Shown: positions 41,264 to 43,670 of the stretch, one piece after another
How positions within the stretch are numbered: the stretch's first letter is position 1
Layout: every line of letters begins with the position of its first letter
Source: a virus
Taxonomy: Duplodnaviria > Caudoviricetes
Reading direction: 5' to 3' (one strand)
DNA: 43,670 bases
Virus record (IMG/VR): IMGVR_UViG_3300035493_000006
Location: 1-43,670 of that record
The notes under the pieces: model-generated
Seen by the model: the letters and a program-made list of their open reading frames with translations, nothing else
Databases searched by the model: none
Told to the model about the DNA's origin: nothing
Made by a program: the position numbers and the translations under genes

Positions 41264-41442
41264 TGTGTCAAAAGATACCGTACGAGGACCGCGCGGCCGC
41301 CCTGGCCGACGCGGACTATATCCGAAAACAGCGCCGCTACTTCTCTAAGAACCTGGGGAAGACGGCGAAATCTGGACGAAAACTAAGGCCGTACCGGTGT
41401 CCCCGGTGCGGCTTTTGGCATTTAACGACCCGTAAAAAATAA
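41263..41442 (+). CDS. 59-aa zinc-ribbon protein (not in the ORF track)
   Basis: MCQKIPYEDRAAALADA...RPYRCPRCGFWHLTTRKK*; TAATG coupling to the primase gene. Confidence 0.8.
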   Translation: MCQKIPYEDRAAALADADYIRKQRRYFSKNLGKTAKSGRKLRPYRCPRCGFWHLTTRKK

Positions 41443-41456
41443 TTCGTTATTTGTTG

Positions 41457-41485
41457 TTGACGGCTTCGTCAATATAGAATAATAT
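41457..41485 (+). promoter_or_regulatory. Sigma70 promoter (TTGACG-N17-TAATAT) overlapped by palindrome TTGACG-GCTT-CGTCAA
   Basis: AT-rich intergenic region, near-consensus hexamers, perfect 6-bp inverted repeat at 41457-41472. Confidence 0.75.
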
Positions 41486-41521
41486 TAACTCAACGCTAAC
41501 GAATTGAACGGAACCGCTACC

Positions 41522-41785
41522 ATGATTAAATTTAATAAGTACAACGTAACCGACACGGAAACCAAAGTTAAGGCGCGCGTCCACTACTCAGTAGACAACC
41601 GTATCGACGGCCGTAAGTGCGTTACTATCTACGCGAAAGACTACGACCGTAAGCTCGGCGAAATCTTCGCGGAGTACCGTAACGAGACGGATACGCAAAC
41701 CGACTATTTCGATAAGGGGCACGTCGACTTATTCGAGGACCACCCGATATATAACGCAGCCCGCGAACGAGCAGAGGCGGCATAA
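41522..41785 (+). CDS. Hypothetical protein (stand-alone transcription unit)
   Basis: ATG 41522 after GGA; has its own promoter and terminator. Confidence 0.75.
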   Translation: MIKFNKYNVTDTETKVKARVHYSVDNRIDGRKCVTIYAKDYDRKLGEIFAEYRNETDTQTDYFDKGHVDLFEDHPIYNAARERAEAA

Positions 41786-41794
41786 TTTAACCCG

Positions 41795-41816
41795 GCGGCC
41801 TCGTGCCGCTTTTTTT
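41795..41816 (+). terminator. Rho-independent terminator
   Basis: GCGGC-CTCGT-GCCGC followed by T7. Confidence 0.8.
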
Positions 41817-41837
41817 GCATACGGAGATTATAAAACC

Positions 41838-42449
41838 ATGACTACAGGAAATTGCGAATACTGCGGGCGCTGGGATAGCTCGCTCGATACGGGCGTCTGC
41901 CCGGAGTGTAAGCGCCGGTACAAGGCGTACGGCATTGGCTCGCAGGTTATCGGTATCGCCGGGCCTGCGGGCGTAGGGAAGGATACGGCCGCCGATTACC
42001 TAGTCGGCCAGCTCCCCCAGTACCGTAAGGTAGCGTTCGCGGACCCGCTTAAAGAAATGCTACGTACAGGCCTAAGCCTGGACGCCGCGCAGCTTTACGG
42101 GAACGATAAGGAAACTATCGACCACCGCTACGAATGCAGCCCGCGCCATATTATGCAGACGCTCGGGACCGAGTGGGGGCGCCAGCTTATCCACCCGGAT
42201 ATATGGGTCCGCGCCCTGGCCGCTCGTATCGGCGCCGCCCCCGTGGTTATATCGGACGTCCGCTTCCAGAACGAGGCAGACTTCGTACGCGAACGCGGCA
42301 TCCTTATCCACTTAACGGGGCGGGGCGGTATAGGCCAGTGCCACCAGTCGGAATTAGGCCTCGATGCAATGCCGGGCGATATCACTATCGCAAACGACGG
42401 CGACCTTAAGAAACTATACGGAGCGCTTTATAATGCCGTTATCGCTTGA
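41838..42449 (+). CDS. Deoxynucleoside monophosphate kinase with N-terminal zinc ribbon
   Basis: IGIAGPAGVGKDT, FADPLKE, SPRHIMQTLGTEWGR, VISDVRFQNE and HQSE motifs; N-terminal CEYC...CPEC. Confidence 0.9.
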   Translation: MTTGNCEYCGRWDSSLDTGVCPECKRRYKAYGIGSQVIGIAGPAGVGKDTAADYLVGQLPQYRKVAFADPLKEMLRTGLSLDAAQLYGNDKETIDHRYECSPRHIMQTLGTEWGRQLIHPDIWVRALAARIGAAPVVISDVRFQNEADFVRERGILIHLTGRGGIGQCHQSELGLDAMPGDITIANDGDLKKLYGALYNAVIA

Positions 42450-42576
42450 ATACGACGGGCTACGGCTCGAATCTACCAGCCTGGGCGACGTACTGCGCCA
42501 GGCGTTCGAAATCCACGGGGCGGCGCAGGTTAAGCGCTGCGTAGGCTATAAGGGGGCATGGTATGCCTGGATATAA
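42433..42576 (+). CDS. Small hypothetical protein
   Basis: MPLSLEYDG... from ATG 42433 with RBS GGAG; overlaps both neighbours. Confidence 0.55.
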   Translation: MPLSLEYDGLRLESTSLGDVLRQAFEIHGAAQVKRCVGYKGAWYAWI

Positions 42577-42928
42577 TGGGCCTTGCAAAGCGCGGCAATA
42601 TAGCGACGAAATGCACTGCGGCCGGTGCGGCCTGGTATGGGACGTTAACGACCCGGAGCCGCCTACGTGCCGTACGAAATCCGACCTTAAACGCGAGAAA
42701 GGCCGGGAGAAAATAGCCGAACTACGGGGGGGGGCCTACGTAATGGCAGAAGGTAAGCACCCGACGTTAGGTAACGTAATGCACTCAGAGACCGAAGCCG
42801 AGGCCATACGTAAGCGTAACGAGCGCCAGGCGACGGAGGAATCCAGACGAAAACGAGAAGTACGCCGGGCTATTGAGCTGCGCCAGGAAGCAAAGGAGGC
42901 CGGTATCGATTATAGGGAGCTGCTATAG
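42563..42928 (+). CDS. Hypothetical protein; likely two genes joined across a G9 tract
   Basis: Cys-rich N-terminal half (C..MHCGRC..WD..DP..P.C) and charged helical C-terminal half starting at ATG 42743. Confidence 0.65.
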   Translation: MPGYNGPCKARQYSDEMHCGRCGLVWDVNDPEPPTCRTKSDLKREKGREKIAELRGGAYVMAEGKHPTLGNVMHSETEAEAIRKRNERQATEESRRKREVRRAIELRQEAKEAGIDYRELL

Positions 42929-43131
42929 TGGACGCCGAAGACTTAGAGCAGCTAAAAGCCCGACTTATACAGGCCGCCAACGCGGCCGACATATCCACCG
43001 CCGAAGCGCTGGCCGAACTGGTCAGCGCTTTTCTTTTGTCTGATACCGACGCGCCGGGCCATGTTTACGGCCTAGAATTCGTTAAATTACTTGTAAGTGA
43101 CGAGTCCGTCAGCACCGAGGCGGCACCGTAG
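42928..43131 (+). CDS. Hypothetical acidic protein
   Basis: GTG start coupled to the upstream stop, RBS GGGAG. Confidence 0.6.
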   Translation: MDAEDLEQLKARLIQAANAADISTAEALAELVSAFLLSDTDAPGHVYGLEFVKLLVSDESVSTEAAP

Positions 43132-43492
43132 CCGCTTCGAGGTCTGCAGCTAGCCGCTACGGGATACCCAACCCCCAACCCTAAAAAGTAGTACGGGTTA
43201 CGCTATAGCCCAGTGCTGGCGCGGGTTTCAGCGTTTCGCCACCCCCCACCCCCCGCCGTTTATATTCCCCGTACCTTACTCCCGTTATCCCCCGCGTAGC
43301 CGCTACGCTCCCCGCGCCGCTATCTCTATATACTATCCTTTCTATTATTTATAATTTCTATATTTAATTAAGTATAAAGGGTAGTAGTAGTAAAAAGGCA
43401 GTAAAAACAACGCTTTACGCTATCCCTAACTTAAGGGTATTTACGGTAACTAGTAAGGGTGGTAGAGTTACACTGTAATAAACGAGCAGAAA
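43132..43492. other. Candidate replication origin
   Basis: Largest non-coding region; C-rich left arm, AT-rich core (about 43321-43378) containing TTAATTAA, purine-rich right arm with repeated AAGGGT, palindrome GCGTAGC-C-GCTACGC. Confidence 0.6.
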
Positions 43493-43670
43493 GAGGGCGT
43501 AGCCGTGGATTTAATAAGAGAAACTATTCGGTATGACGGGGGGAAAGGCCGCCTTGTCTGGGCGCGTTCCCGTGGTTTTATCCGTGCCGGAGAGGTAGCG
43601 GGGGGAATGGTTAACGGAGCTATGTACGTTACGCTGGACGGAACGCGGTACTTAGCGAAGGATATCGTAT
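43493..43670. repeat. Right copy of 178-bp terminal direct repeat
   Basis: Matches 1-178 with one mismatch. Confidence 0.97.

Noticed and set aside
43505-43670. Second copy of the HNH-like gene
   Set aside because: It is only the truncated duplicate inside the circular overlap.

Overview
The window is an apparently complete, circularly assembled dsDNA tailed-phage genome. Unit length is about 43,492 bp, because bases 43493-43670 repeat bases 1-178 with one synonymous mismatch. It encodes a contractile-tailed (myovirus-type) phage with a mosaic build: a lambda-like packaging/head block (TerS, GpA-type TerL, gpW, portal, S49 protease/scaffold, decoration protein, gpE capsid), a Mu-like tail and baseplate block, a beta-helix tailspike and a GH108 lysis cassette. 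A leftward replication/anti-defence arm carries a Cas4-like nuclease, SSB, Acb2, an SNF2-like helicase, a DNA methyltransferase and a family A polymerase. A rightward arm carries an SF2 helicase, a VRR-NUC-like nuclease, a double-TetR-HTH regulator, a primase-helicase and a dNMP kinase, and ends in an origin-like non-coding region. I saw no integrase, CI-type repressor, ParA, protelomerase, canonical tRNA or CRISPR array. The most unusual signals are: (1) a small terminase carrying an FtsK gamma (KOPS-reading) domain, with a perfect KOPS octamer inside its own predicted promoter next to the predicted cos region; (2) two structured intergenic RNA candidates, a switch-like element before the tail chaperone and a 110-nt element with an acceptor-like stem plus GCCA directly behind acb2; (3) several frameshift or recoding sites; (4) strong GATC avoidance that relaxes in apparently recently acquired modules. 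All calls come from reading motifs by eye; no database searches were run.
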